A stretch of DNA of 56,547 bases. It comes from a virus. Its lineage: Duplodnaviria; Caudoviricetes. This document shows, in pieces, positions 1 to 10,911 of the stretch. The position numbers were made by a program, and so were the translations under genes. Every line of letters starts with the position of its first letter. Position 1 is the stretch's first letter. The stretch is from positions 1 to 56,547 of IMG/VR virus record IMGVR_UViG_3300033388_006544; one strand, written 5' to 3'. The notes beneath the pieces are model-generated. The model was not told where the DNA came from. It ran no database searches and was given only the letters and a program-made list of their open reading frames with translations.

Positions 1-114
1 AAGACTCAAGAACCATCACCCACCGACTGGATGGCGAATGAGTTTGATAGAGGTGTTAAGGAAATAGAGCAAGCAAGGTTGAAGAAGAAAGAATCTCAAC
101 CCACCGAGGAAGGT
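1..114. repeat. Terminal direct repeat, left copy (circular overlap)
   Basis: Bases 1-114 are identical to 56434-56547. Confidence 0.97.
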
Positions 115-3100
115 TCTACGCTCGGAGCTTTTGCAAAAACCGTTGGTCGTGTTCCTGAGAATCTTGCTGCCAATGCAATCATGGCAGCGCAGGGGCAGGC
201 TGGAGCTTCTGTGGCTGATAAAGGAATTGCAGATAAGTTCATTAACTGGGTCGAAAAGCGCAATCAAGAATTAGCCAAATCGTATGAAAAAACTGGGGAT
301 TTTATCCCTGGTCTTATTTCTAAAAAGGATGTTGCTGAACTGGGACCCAATCTTGCCTTTTCGGGTGTCTCGATGGCGGGAACTCTTGGAGGTGCTGCCG
401 CAACTGCTCTTGTTCCTGTACCAGGGGCAAGGGTAGCTGGTGCAATGGCTGGAGGTGCCGCCGCCGCCCATCGCATGGACAGCTATCAAACAATGAATAG
501 CTGGCTCAAGAAAAGAAATGAAGAAAATGTCAAGCTATTTGGGAAACCGATATCTATAGAAGAAGAAAATAAGTTTAAGAAAGAATTTAACGCACTCGCC
601 TCAGAGCACGGGTTGTGGGAGGCCGGACCAGAAGCGATAAGTAATGTTCTCGACTTAGCTCTTCTAACAGCAAAGAATCTTCCAGGGGCACGTTTCGTTC
701 CAAAAAAACTTATAAAGAAAATTGCAGGAAAAGCTTTGAAGGGTATCACTGGAAAGGCCGCAAAAAGTGCGGCCAGGATAGGCGGTGTTCTTGCCACCGA
801 AGGGACAACTGAAACCATTACACAGATGGGACAGCAGAGAGTTGAAGCTGAGGTTGAGGGTGGAGAAAAACGTCAATGGACAAGTGGAGAAGATCTGCTG
901 AAATCTGCCAAAGAAGTTTTACCACAAGTCCTCTTATTGACAGGTGTTATGGGTGCCGGTGGTGCTGCATATCGCAAAGCAACTCAAAAAGAAGGTGACG
1001 GTACAGGTAAACTCAAGCAATATATTCTTGATGGCATATCGGAAACGTACGACACCGGCGAAGTAGATACCGAAAAAACGGTCAGTTCGATTGCGGACGG
1101 ATACAGAAGCGGTCTTTTCGATGATAAAGACTTAGATGAATTGTCAAAAAAATATCCCGAGCTTAAAGAGGGAATAGCGGCCGGAAAAGAAACGGTAAGA
1201 ACTGATTTAATTAGAGACCAGCTATCTTCCGCTATAGACGAGGGTCTCACTACTGGAAAATTACAGGATGAACCTTTTACCGCAGAAAATGCTCTGGGCT
1301 TTGTTCGTTCAGGTCTGGATAATGGAATTTATAAAGACGAGGATATCGATGTATTAAAAGAAAAATATCCTGATCTTAGGCATGAGCTGAACACACTGAT
1401 TGCAGATAAAGTTACGACCGATGTAGTTGATAAGGCTGCTAAGGTTGAAACTGATACTGAGACGGAGAAAAAAAGATCACCCGAATATACCGAGGAAGAT
1501 GTCGAAGACGTTTATCTTAAGGCCAAAGAAAGGGTGAGAACGGAACCTTTAACTTTGAGCGAACTACAGCAGAGATTTAGAGAACGTCACAAGCGAGAAC
1601 TCACAAAGAAAGAAAATGAGAATCTTGAACGTCTTTATGAGAGGTCTAGAAAACGATCACAGAGAGTTAAGATCACCGAAGAGAAGAAAGAATCTGTTGC
1701 TCCTGAGGCTAGAGCTGAAAAAAAATTAGAGGAAGAACGGGCCTACGGGAAGTACAACCCCACATTACCTCCCGGTGCGGCTGAGGTACGCACAAAGGAG
1801 GGTCAAAGAACTTATCCCCGTGGTGCCAGTTTTGTCGCTGGAAAGGCAGCACCTGAAGATCTTATCATAGAATATAAGCCTATTCAGAGAAAAGTTGGTA
1901 AGAAGGTGTCGCCATGGCTTACATTGAACGGTGCAAAAAAAGCCTTAGAATCAGACAAGATGAAGGTGGCGGGTGTATCCCCGGATACTCATCATGTGGT
2001 TAAGATTGAGGGTGGATATCAGATTGAAGTAAAGCCTGTAGTAACGGCAAAGACCGAGACAGTAACAAAGCCCGTGACCACAGAACCGACCACAGAACCG
2101 ACCAAGGAGCCGACCACAGAACCGACCACAGAACCGACCAAGGAGCCGACCACAGAACCGACCAAGGAACCGACCAAGGAACCGACCAAGGAACCGACCA
2201 AGGAACCGACCAAGGAACCGAAGTCAACAGCTAAGCAGCCCTGGGAAACTTCCGACTTAGCCAACAGGCCAAACATTCCTACCAGCTATGTCCAAGCAAA
2301 AAAACAGGCAGGAGGGAAGTATAAGCTCTTCTTCACCGGGACAACAAGTGAAGTCTTCGAGGGCGAAACATTTGCATCGGCCTCGGAGGCACGATCATTC
2401 TTTAAGGTCCAGCAAGTAAAGGCGCAGGAGGCCGCCAGCGCTAAGCCTACCCAAAAGACGGAACAACAAAAGGCGAAGTCTCGTGTTATTGCCAACATTA
2501 AAGGCGAAAAGGGATCTTCTGAGATCATAAACGACTTGTCTTATATCGGTGCTAGTATAATTAAAAAAGGGTTTAAGTCTTTCAAAGCGTTCTCCTCTGA
2601 GATGAAGAGACAGTTTGGGGAGGTGTGGGGTAAGATCAAACCTCTAATGCGGAAGGCTTATTTTGGGGCTAAGAGGACATTAGGAAATGAACGGAAGGCT
2701 ATTCATACGGAGAAGCAGCCTCTCTTCGCAGAAGGTAGTACAAAAGGTAACGGCCTAACTGCTGATGCCGCAAAGGCAGAGATAGCAAAGCATATAGGAC
2801 AGAAAGCGGTAGATGCCTTAGAAAAATCGGGGAAGGTTATCTTCATAACACGTGAAGAGCAGGCCGACATAATCGGATACGCCAGGACAAGTAAGGATCA
2901 AGGTTTCTTCAGAGATGGCACTGTATATCTTGTGTCTGAGAATATAGAAGATGGTAAGGCTTGGGGCGTTCTGATGCACGAGCTTGGGGTCCACCTGGGG
3001 TACAACAAGATTTTTGGTGTAAAACTTGCCAAAGAAGTTTTTGCTGCCTTCGTAGCAAACAATGGAAAAATGACTCCATTGGGTAAAGCCGTGAGCCAAG

Positions 3101-6100
3101 CTATGCGCAGAGTGCCTTACGGAACACGGGCAGACCTTATTAATGAAGAGGCTGTAGCCTATTTCGCTGAAGAGCATGCGAATATAGACCTGCCTTTACA
3201 TCGGAAAATCATTGCACGTATGAGACTGTGGTCTGTCAAATATCTCGGTGTCAGTCCTGACATTTTCGTCATGGACGATTATGTGGCCCTGGCCGCAAGC
3301 GCTATGAGAGGTGAAATCAAAGAAGCGCACAAAATGCCTACGAAGATGGGAGAGAGTCGAGAGACTTTTTATTCTATGGAAGCTTGGCATGGCGGACCTC
3401 ACGCATTCGATAATTTTCAAATGGAGAAGTTGGGTACAGGTGAGGGTGCTCAGACCTTCGGTTGGGGTCTATATTTTACTGACAAGGAAGACATTGCCCG
3501 CAATTATGCGGAGATGGGAGTAGGCGCACAGTCATTTCTTTTCAACGGGAAGGTATCACCTGACAACTATAAAGCTCTTTCTATATACGAGAAACATGTA
3601 TTAAAAGTATTGATAGACGAAGGGAAGGTATCTGCCGATGAAAAAGCTATTGGTTTCATAGGTTTTTTTAATCAATATGGGACGGCTAAAGATATAAAAG
3701 ACGCTGCATCCATGGAGAGGTTACGTAAAAAAATAGAAAGTGATGGGATTGTTACTAATCCTTCCCGCAATCTTTATAAGGTGACACTGCATAAAGGTAA
3801 AACGCCAAGCGAATACAATTATATGAACTGGGAAGATAAGGTTTCTGTTTCACTGAGAAACAAAATTGAAGCACAAGCCCAAAAGGAAAAACTTGACATC
3901 GGAAGCAAGTTGGCGCTGGAAAGATATAGAAAGATAATAAAGAAATATGGAACTTTCCGCAATTTGATTCGTGAGGCAGCGAGTGGTAATAAAAAAGCCT
4001 ACCTAGATAAAGAAAAAGCAAAAAGTATAAGAACTCAGATGGGTCTATACGGTGTATTAGGTGGTGAGTATAACGCTGGTTCACTCTACGCTAAGTTGGC
4101 GGAAAAGTTAGGTTCAGATAAAGAAGCATCACTCTTTCTTCTCCGAGCCGGTATCGATGGAATAAAATACCAGGCAGGTTCATTGAGCGGACAAGAAGAA
4201 AAAGGTGTATTCAACTATGTGGTTTTCGACGAGAATGCTATTACCGTGGATGAGCATACTCGCTACTCTCAAGCGGAACAGCAAGAGATAAATAAGTTCT
4301 CCGTACCAAATATGCCAGTCGAAGAAGCAAAGAAAAAGATCATAAACAACCCTAACTTTAGGAAATGGTTTGGTGGTAGCAAAGTAGTCGACAAAGAAGG
4401 TGAGCCTCTTGTTGTTTATCATGGGACTAATAAAGATTTTACTGAATTTAAATTAACCGTTGGGAAAAATTCTAACTTATTCGGGTCTTGGGATGTAAGT
4501 AGGGCTGGATTTTTCTTTGCTAAAGAAAAAAAATATGCTGAAGGGTTTGGAACAAACGTACTCCCCTTGTACTTATCTATAAAAAATCCAATTAATCTTT
4601 TAAATGATTTTTCGGCAGAGGATCTCGATGGATTAGAAAAAGAGGGGATAAATCTCCGATGGTTGCTACAATATGATGAAGAAAATATCTGGGAGCTATT
4701 TGATGATGAAGATGGCAAGGCATTCGTTGAAGCATTGAAGAAGCTTGGTTACGATGGAGTTATTCTTCCTGAATTTAATGCTGAAACTAACGAAGAGAGT
4801 AAAACTTTTATTGCTTTCGACCCCACCCAAATAAAGTCAGTCTTTAATACAGGAACTTTCGACCAGACAAATGCCGACATTCGCTACTCTACGGCAGAGA
4901 AAAAAGATCTCCAGTCCTGGGCCGACAACCTCATCAAGAGCGCAAAGGACAATGGAGAAATTGTACGAAAAGTAGATCCCGTTAAAGTAAATGAATACAT
5001 AGCCAACAGAAAGACAAATAGAAACATAAAGCTTGCGGCAACGTCAAACTTAAAACGGGTTATGTCAGAGATAGCGGAGGGAATAGATAAATATCTTGGC
5101 TCCATCTCAACTAGGTTGGGACAAATTAGTCCAAAAATAAAAGCAAAGTTGAGACGTTTAGACTTTGACATTAACACAAAATATAATGCCGACGTTAAGT
5201 TGATAAAGCCCCTTCTTCTTAAGGCTAAGAAGATGAGCAGGGAAGACTTTGCTGATTGGGATTACGCAAGAAAGAATTCCGACGTTGCAAAGATCAACGA
5301 GCTTGTAGACAAATACGATATGCGCAAAGAATACACAGCATATCGTGAAGTCCTTGCCCGCCTAAGAATGGAGGGGATAGATGTCGGACTGGACATTGGA
5401 GAAATAGAAGAATACGCTCCAAGGATATTGAAAGATTCTGAGGGTTTCTTGACTGCTATAGGAAAAGACAAGGAATGGCCTTTGTATTCCAGGCAACTCC
5501 AGGAACGTGCGAGAGAGCTTGGTATCTCTGTAGCAGAGATGCCAAGTGACATAAAGGCGGACATTATATCTAACACAATCTTGGGTGGATGGAGCGGCCT
5601 GTCGGGTGTGCCTGCGACTAAACAACGTAAATTAAAGAAGATACCTCCAGAGCTCAACCAGTATTATATGGACTCTGACAGTGCCCTGATACAACATCTG
5701 CATAGTATGAGAAAAGGTATCGAGGCGAGAAAATTCTTTGGCAAGATACCCAAAAAGGTAGCCGAGATGAGGACGAGGCTGCACAACGCTCAGTCTAAAA
5801 TAAGAGAAATAACGGAGCAGCTAAAAACCGGACTGTCCCCAGAAGAAGCGAAAAAAATAAGGAAACGTCGTAGCCGATATGTTGGACTCGAAAAGGCATA
5901 CACTGCTTATATCGCAAAGTATGCCACACAGAGAGACTATACCAACAATATAGGCGCTTATGTTTTGGAGTTGATCGAGGCCGGAGAGATCAGTCCACGT
6001 CACGAGCGTATCGTGAATGAGATACTGAACGCAAGGTTCCATGAAGCCGGAACACGGGGACTTATACAGAGCTATAAAAATATATCATATATTGATACCA

Positions 6101-7704
6101 TGGGTTCCCCGATATCCGCACTTACGCAGATTGGCGACCTTTGTTGGGCCGCATACGAAGATGGCCTCGTTAATCTCATGAAACACATTGGTAGGTCTAT
6201 TACCAAAAAAGTAAAAATAACCAGAGAGGACGTTGGTGTCGACAGAATTGCTCAAGAATTTGCTGACGAGGGTATGTTGGGCAAGGCTGTCACGACTGTA
6301 TTTAAGGTGGTAGGCCTTGAGAAAATTGATGCAATAGGGAAAGAGTCTCTAATGTCTGCGGCTTTAGCTAAGTATCAGAAGCAAGCCAAGAAAGACTCTG
6401 GTAAACTCAAGAAAGAACTGATGCCAATATTTGAACTCGAAACCGATAGCGTTATCGAAGATCTTCAGAGTGGTGAGATAACAGAGAACGTTAAACTTCT
6501 TGTTTACAGTAGACTCCTCGACTTTCAGCCGGTGGGGTTATCTGAGATGCCCCAGAAATATCTGGATGCTGGCAATGGTAGACTATTTTATATGCTCAAA
6601 ACTTTTACTTTGAAAGTGTTCGATGTCTTTAGAAACGAATCGTATTACAAGATAAAAAATGGTGATCGTGCAGAAAAGAAACAGGGTCTGATAAATCTTA
6701 TTAAGCTTTCGATGCTATTCGTTCTCGCTAATGTTGGGGCAGATGAACTGAAGGACTGGGTACTTGGACGTAAAACAGATTTCTCGGACAGGATGATCGA
6801 CAACCTCCTCCGTTTAGTAGGTGTCTCTAAGTTCGTTACATGGAAGGCCAGGACAGAAGGTGTCGGTAGTGCCTTGTCAAGACAGATATTGCCACCGTTC
6901 AAATTCATCGACTCTTTAGGCAAAGACATTATCACAGCGGGAGATGAGAAGGGACTTGAGATGTTAGGGTCTGTGCCTGTGGTAGGGAAGCTTGCCTACT
7001 GGCATATAGGCAGGGGCGTCAAAAAAAGAGAAGACCTGTGGAACAGACGGCTAAGGAAGCGAAAAGCGAAGCTGAATAAGATAGGGGAAGGTTTCGAAAA
7101 AACTAAGAATAAAGATGCTTACAGGCGTAAACACTGGGAGGAACTTGCAGAACTGCAAGGAATCAAAACATTGCAGTCTAAAATAAATAAAAACAGAATT
7201 ATTATAAATAAATTAAAAAGTAAAGAGGAAACACCAACCAGTAAAAAAGAGATCCAGAGACTTGAGGTTGAAAGAACCGAAAAGATCAGAGCTTTCTTAA
7301 AAGGAGATGTTAAGTTTGTTGATAAGGGAGATACTATCTGGAGCGGTGTCTTTGGCACTACCGCAACACCGGACCAGACCCAATCTGAAATCAGTCGTCT
7401 TGTGAAAGCTGAAATATTACCTATCTCAAAGAAGCCGTCCAGAACTATAAATGCTGGTTATGGAATTAAGGCAACTCTGAGCGACGATCAATACAGCAAA
7501 TATAGGACAGATGTTAATACGATAAATAAAAGAGCTATTGACAGATTGATGTCTCAGTCTGGATGGCAAAGATGGAGCGACAAAAAGAAGGCCTTTGCTA
7601 TTAAGGTTGTGATTAATCAGGGCAGAAAGATTGTGCGAGATCGTCTAAAGACGACAATACTGAAAGCAAAAATAGAGGAGAAGAGGCGGAGCGGTAAAAA
7701 ATAA
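31..7704 (+). CDS. Large polyvalent / DNA-ejection protein (zincin-like peptidase plus two ADP-ribosyltransferase-like domains); true start probably GTG 56323 across the junction
   Basis: N-terminal Gly/Ala hydrophobic helices; HELGVH...EEAVAY; WHGGPHAF..GTGEGAQTFGWGLYF; FRKWFGGSKVVDKEGEPLVVYHGT...GYDGV...FDPTQIKS (ART-PolyVal-like); long helical C-terminus. Confidence 0.8.
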   Translation: MANEFDRGVKEIEQARLKKKESQPTEEGSTLGAFAKTVGRVPENLAANAIMAAQGQAGASVADKGIADKFINWVEKRNQELAKSYEKTGDFIPGLISKKDVAELGPNLAFSGVSMAGTLGGAAATALVPVPGARVAGAMAGGAAAAHRMDSYQTMNSWLKKRNEENVKLFGKPISIEEENKFKKEFNALASEHGLWEAGPEAISNVLDLALLTAKNLPGARFVPKKLIKKIAGKALKGITGKAAKSAARIGGVLATEGTTETITQMGQQRVEAEVEGGEKRQWTSGEDLLKSAKEVLPQVLLLTGVMGAGGAAYRKATQKEGDGTGKLKQYILDGISETYDTGEVDTEKTVSSIADGYRSGLFDDKDLDELSKKYPELKEGIAAGKETVRTDLIRDQLSSAIDEGLTTGKLQDEPFTAENALGFVRSGLDNGIYKDEDIDVLKEKYPDLRHELNTLIADKVTTDVVDKAAKVETDTETEKKRSPEYTEEDVEDVYLKAKERVRTEPLTLSELQQRFRERHKRELTKKENENLERLYERSRKRSQRVKITEEKKESVAPEARAEKKLEEERAYGKYNPTLPPGAAEVRTKEGQRTYPRGASFVAGKAAPEDLIIEYKPIQRKVGKKVSPWLTLNGAKKALESDKMKVAGVSPDTHHVVKIEGGYQIEVKPVVTAKTETVTKPVTTEPTTEPTKEPTTEPTTEPTKEPTTEPTKEPTKEPTKEPTKEPTKEPKSTAKQPWETSDLANRPNIPTSYVQAKKQAGGKYKLFFTGTTSEVFEGETFASASEARSFFKVQQVKAQEAASAKPTQKTEQQKAKSRVIANIKGEKGSSEIINDLSYIGASIIKKGFKSFKAFSSEMKRQFGEVWGKIKPLMRKAYFGAKRTLGNERKAIHTEKQPLFAEGSTKGNGLTADAAKAEIAKHIGQKAVDALEKSGKVIFITREEQADIIGYARTSKDQGFFRDGTVYLVSENIEDGKAWGVLMHELGVHLGYNKIFGVKLAKEVFAAFVANNGKMTPLGKAVSQAMRRVPYGTRADLINEEAVAYFAEEHANIDLPLHRKIIARMRLWSVKYLGVSPDIFVMDDYVALAASAMRGEIKEAHKMPTKMGESRETFYSMEAWHGGPHAFDNFQMEKLGTGEGAQTFGWGLYFTDKEDIARNYAEMGVGAQSFLFNGKVSPDNYKALSIYEKHVLKVLIDEGKVSADEKAIGFIGFFNQYGTAKDIKDAASMERLRKKIESDGIVTNPSRNLYKVTLHKGKTPSEYNYMNWEDKVSVSLRNKIEAQAQKEKLDIGSKLALERYRKIIKKYGTFRNLIREAASGNKKAYLDKEKAKSIRTQMGLYGVLGGEYNAGSLYAKLAEKLGSDKEASLFLLRAGIDGIKYQAGSLSGQEEKGVFNYVVFDENAITVDEHTRYSQAEQQEINKFSVPNMPVEEAKKKIINNPNFRKWFGGSKVVDKEGEPLVVYHGTNKDFTEFKLTVGKNSNLFGSWDVSRAGFFFAKEKKYAEGFGTNVLPLYLSIKNPINLLNDFSAEDLDGLEKEGINLRWLLQYDEENIWELFDDEDGKAFVEALKKLGYDGVILPEFNAETNEESKTFIAFDPTQIKSVFNTGTFDQTNADIRYSTAEKKDLQSWADNLIKSAKDNGEIVRKVDPVKVNEYIANRKTNRNIKLAATSNLKRVMSEIAEGIDKYLGSISTRLGQISPKIKAKLRRLDFDINTKYNADVKLIKPLLLKAKKMSREDFADWDYARKNSDVAKINELVDKYDMRKEYTAYREVLARLRMEGIDVGLDIGEIEEYAPRILKDSEGFLTAIGKDKEWPLYSRQLQERARELGISVAEMPSDIKADIISNTILGGWSGLSGVPATKQRKLKKIPPELNQYYMDSDSALIQHLHSMRKGIEARKFFGKIPKKVAEMRTRLHNAQSKIREITEQLKTGLSPEEAKKIRKRRSRYVGLEKAYTAYIAKYATQRDYTNNIGAYVLELIEAGEISPRHERIVNEILNARFHEAGTRGLIQSYKNISYIDTMGSPISALTQIGDLCWAAYEDGLVNLMKHIGRSITKKVKITREDVGVDRIAQEFADEGMLGKAVTTVFKVVGLEKIDAIGKESLMSAALAKYQKQAKKDSGKLKKELMPIFELETDSVIEDLQSGEITENVKLLVYSRLLDFQPVGLSEMPQKYLDAGNGRLFYMLKTFTLKVFDVFRNESYYKIKNGDRAEKKQGLINLIKLSMLFVLANVGADELKDWVLGRKTDFSDRMIDNLLRLVGVSKFVTWKARTEGVGSALSRQILPPFKFIDSLGKDIITAGDEKGLEMLGSVPVVGKLAYWHIGRGVKKREDLWNRRLRKRKAKLNKIGEGFEKTKNKDAYRRKHWEELAELQGIKTLQSKINKNRIIINKLKSKEETPTSKKEIQRLEVERTEKIRAFLKGDVKFVDKGDTIWSGVFGTTATPDQTQSEISRLVKAEILPISKKPSRTINAGYGIKATLSDDQYSKYRTDVNTINKRAIDRLMSQSGWQRWSDKKKAFAIKVVINQGRKIVRDRLKTTILKAKIEEKRRSGKK
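2077..2220 (+). repeat. 12 x 12-bp in-frame tandem repeat encoding T(T/K)EP
   Basis: Units ACCACAGAACCG / ACCAAGGA(A/G)CCG. Confidence 0.95.
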
Positions 7705-7747
7705 CACAGGTTATCTCATCTGATAAGATGCTTAGAACCAGAAATTG

Positions 7748-7756
7748 TGATATAAT
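7748..7756 (+). promoter_or_regulatory. Extended -10 promoter element
   Basis: TGaTATAAT upstream of an AAGGAG RBS and ATG 7784. Confidence 0.5.
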
Positions 7757-7783
7757 ATTATGGATATAAAAAGGAGAAAATAG

Positions 7784-8203
7784 ATGGCAGGCTCAACTAC
7801 TGTTACTTTTGGAAAGATAGACACTCCGTATGCTGGGACTCACGGTCTGGTCAAAGTAGAGATTAACTGGGTTGCAGATAGCGGTGATGGATCTGTGCCG
7901 GACGGCGTGTTCGATGCAACTAAGACTATTCGACTCTTGGGCAGGTATTGCGTGCTCGCTGTCACTGATCCGGGACCTGTTGCTCCTACCGACAATTACG
8001 ATATCACTATTGAAGATGAATATGGGTGCGATATTTTTGGTGGACAATTATCTAACAGGGATGGCGCAAACTCCGAACAAGCACTCCCGAATATAGGCGG
8101 AGCTTATGGTGGAAGACCTTGCGCAGGAGTCCTTACATTTAAACTTGCCAACAACAGTGTCCATTCGGCCACCGGCAAATGCGTTCTCTATTTTGAGATA
8201 TAA
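7784..8203 (+). CDS. Putative virion structural protein
   Basis: Strong RBS; beta-rich sequence; first gene of the fibre cluster. Confidence 0.55.
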   Translation: MAGSTTVTFGKIDTPYAGTHGLVKVEINWVADSGDGSVPDGVFDATKTIRLLGRYCVLAVTDPGPVAPTDNYDITIEDEYGCDIFGGQLSNRDGANSEQALPNIGGAYGGRPCAGVLTFKLANNSVHSATGKCVLYFEI

Positions 8204-8215
8204 GGGGCAAACGAT

Positions 8216-8974
8216 ATGATGCGTATATATGGAGGGCTTGCCCCTGGCGGATCGGCCGAGGCTGAAGATGTAAACTTTACTCCCAGTGGTGGGGTAGCTG
8301 CCACTGATGTGCAAGCTGCTATCGAGGAGCTTGATACCGAGAAGAATCAGCTTGAGAACGACGAGTGGATGACTGGCGATAACTTCGCTGGCACTGGCGT
8401 CATCGATATGTTTAAGGTCAACACCGATGATGAGATTGACTGCGGTGGGACCCTTAAACTGGGACCGATAGAATCTGAGGTTGATAGTGGAGCGATTGTA
8501 TTATTTAATCTTCCGATATCGGCTAGCCCGGCGGCGGGGACAGAACAGTCGGGGGCAATTGAGATCGATGGCGACAACATCTTTAAGTTTTACGCCGAGG
8601 CCGATGGTGCCGGTGGTGTAAAAAACAGGCATGTCGAGCAAGACGGAGATAAAGCCACAACTACCGATGCTACTGTGACCACTTGCGGCGTCGTGACCTT
8701 GGCCGCTTCAACTGTATATCGGATAGAAGCTACTGTCATCGGTAGGGAAACGGATAATAGCAATAGGGCCTTGTATCATCTAGAAGGACTGTTTTATAGG
8801 GCCTCCGGTGGAGCAGTGCAGGAAGGAACGACTACAAGCTTGACCACTATTGAGAGTGATGGGTCGTGGGCCTGTGTTTTTGATATCAGCACTAACGATG
8901 TCCGAGTCAGAGTAACGGGATCAGCAACGACTATTAACTGGTCTTCTGTAATAACTATCAATAAGGTAGGATAA
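8216..8974 (+). CDS. Putative tail fibre/adaptor protein
   Basis: AEDVNFTPSGGVAATDVQAAIEEL fibre-type motif; beta-rich C-terminus. Confidence 0.55.
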   Translation: MMRIYGGLAPGGSAEAEDVNFTPSGGVAATDVQAAIEELDTEKNQLENDEWMTGDNFAGTGVIDMFKVNTDDEIDCGGTLKLGPIESEVDSGAIVLFNLPISASPAAGTEQSGAIEIDGDNIFKFYAEADGAGGVKNRHVEQDGDKATTTDATVTTCGVVTLAASTVYRIEATVIGRETDNSNRALYHLEGLFYRASGGAVQEGTTTSLTTIESDGSWACVFDISTNDVRVRVTGSATTINWSSVITINKVG

Positions 8975-10644
8975 TGACACGTCAACGTGGATTATTTGAT
9001 GGTTATTTTTTTGGTTCTGTTCGGGAAGATAATGTCCTTTATGTTTCCAAGAATGGAGATGACTCAAATAACGGCACGTCGGGTGACCCGTTTTTAACCA
9101 TAGGGCACGCCAACGATGTTGCTATAAGTATGTTGAATCCCGTCGTCGATTACGATGAATCTGTTATTATAAAAGTCTCACCTGGAATTTATACTGAACA
9201 TCTCACCGCAGGACATCAGAGAGTTTATATCGATGGCGGATTTTATGACTTCGAGAATTGGGCGCACGGTACAATAATATACAATACCGGAGCGGATGCT
9301 GCACACCATCCTTTTGCTATAGAAAAGGGTCTCAACCTGATCGGAATTAGGGTTGTTGTAGATAGTGGTGGTGTGTATGGTGAGTTGCCAAACAAGACCC
9401 TCTGCTCGGTATGTATGTTCGAGGGCGGGCATTTTATCTCTAATGACGTAGATCAGACATCATATTTTAACCGTTGCACCTTTGATGGTGACGCCTTCAA
9501 ATTCGAAGGTACCAGCACTCACTCGTCATATATTGCATTTCGTGATTGCGATATTTTTAATGGGACTGAAACAATATTCGGAACCACGGGCACTGGCCTA
9601 AAAGAGGTGAAGTTCGAGCGAACAAAGGTCGGGCATCCCTTAAAGATAAATGGTGACTGGTCTACCCTGATAGAATGGGGTGAGGTGTATGATACTGGAA
9701 AACTCACATTCGACACTAATGGATTTGTCAGTCTGTTCTCGACTATAATTCGCAATGGTATACATTTTTACAGTGACACGCCCTTAGCCAAGAAATGCAT
9801 AAACTGTTTATTTGATTCTACTCCAACAGGTGAAGGTGATATAACGGCTGACGAATCGATAGAGTTTATCGAGTATTCAGGCAATCACCAATACAACGGA
9901 ATCGATGGGGAAATAATAACTGTATCCAAGATCAAGAATGTTGGTGGCGGACAAAACAAATATCGTGATATCCACGAAGCGCTCAAGGGCTCTTTACTCA
10001 CAGACACAATCATTAACCTTGAAGGTGATATTGTTATAGATACACCACTTATTGTTAGTGCTGGGATTGACATACAGATTAACGGTAACCGAAAGTGGAA
10101 AATAACATCGACACACGCCACGACATTGGCTGAGCTTGGTCTCAACCAGCACCTGTCATTTGTGAACATGAGACAGATAGTTGGTGGCAAAAAGATCATA
10201 CTGAACGGTAATAATTCGGTGTTGTGTATGGCATTATGTGGAGGACATTGCGCACCTAATTATGTCAACGTAGATGTTACTGCTGGCGACGCATCTTCTT
10301 TTGTTTACATTGCTAGATCGAATGTAATTGGAACCGGGGCACCCGCTATCACGAGCAACGATATAGATGTTGCTGTATTAGCAGAAGGGAGCTTCATCAG
10401 TGGCGGTACAAATTACCCAGCAATCCTGTTTACTGTAGCAGCACACGACAAAACAAAAATCAAGAACTGCACCGTGATACATGGCGGCGGTACGGCCACT
10501 GTCCCGATTGATAATACGAGCGGGACTAAAATAAATGACGTTTCCGTGTATAGAACAGCGATGAATGCCAATATACCGACAGCTAAATTTAACAATTCAA
10601 TATCTAACGCATCAAATGTGGTCGATGCTGGAATAACATTCTAA
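8974..10644 (+). CDS. Beta-helix tailspike / receptor-binding protein
   Basis: YVSKNGDDSNNGTSGDPFLTIGHA and IKVSPGIYTE (pectate-lyase/DUF1565-type start); second module starts at KYRDIHEAL. Confidence 0.7.
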   Translation: MTRQRGLFDGYFFGSVREDNVLYVSKNGDDSNNGTSGDPFLTIGHANDVAISMLNPVVDYDESVIIKVSPGIYTEHLTAGHQRVYIDGGFYDFENWAHGTIIYNTGADAAHHPFAIEKGLNLIGIRVVVDSGGVYGELPNKTLCSVCMFEGGHFISNDVDQTSYFNRCTFDGDAFKFEGTSTHSSYIAFRDCDIFNGTETIFGTTGTGLKEVKFERTKVGHPLKINGDWSTLIEWGEVYDTGKLTFDTNGFVSLFSTIIRNGIHFYSDTPLAKKCINCLFDSTPTGEGDITADESIEFIEYSGNHQYNGIDGEIITVSKIKNVGGGQNKYRDIHEALKGSLLTDTIINLEGDIVIDTPLIVSAGIDIQINGNRKWKITSTHATTLAELGLNQHLSFVNMRQIVGGKKIILNGNNSVLCMALCGGHCAPNYVNVDVTAGDASSFVYIARSNVIGTGAPAITSNDIDVAVLAEGSFISGGTNYPAILFTVAAHDKTKIKNCTVIHGGGTATVPIDNTSGTKINDVSVYRTAMNANIPTAKFNNSISNASNVVDAGITF

Positions 10645-10653
10645 GGAGAAACC

Positions 10654-10911
10654 GTGGCCGATATAATAAAGAAGGGTGGAACACCCGAGATTGACCTAAA
10701 CCCTGTGACCGAGATTCGGAAAAGGATAGGCAGCGCGCTTGTGGTAGAAAGAACGCACGAAAATCCTGTCACAGAGGTTGAGACACATGACATAGCGGCA
10801 ATACAAATCGACATCGCTCGGATTGATGGGGTTATAGAATTGTGGCAGGCGAAGAGAGCACCACTACAGGAAATCATCGACGAATATGATGGGCTGGAGG
10901 TGGTGGTGTGA
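10654..10911 (+). CDS. Hypothetical protein (fibre-associated)
   Basis: AAGGAG RBS, GTG start, overlaps the next gene. Confidence 0.6.
   Translation: MADIIKKGGTPEIDLNPVTEIRKRIGSALVVERTHENPVTEVETHDIAAIQIDIARIDGVIELWQAKRAPLQEIIDEYDGLEVVV

Noticed and set aside
1-114. Physical terminal repeats of the virion DNA
   Set aside because: The exact overlap falls mid-gene and is more simply an assembly circularisation overlap; real termini cannot be read from this sequence.
2000-2276. Minus-strand SVPW / GSLV repeat ORFs
   Set aside because: Antisense shadows of the TKEP repeat.
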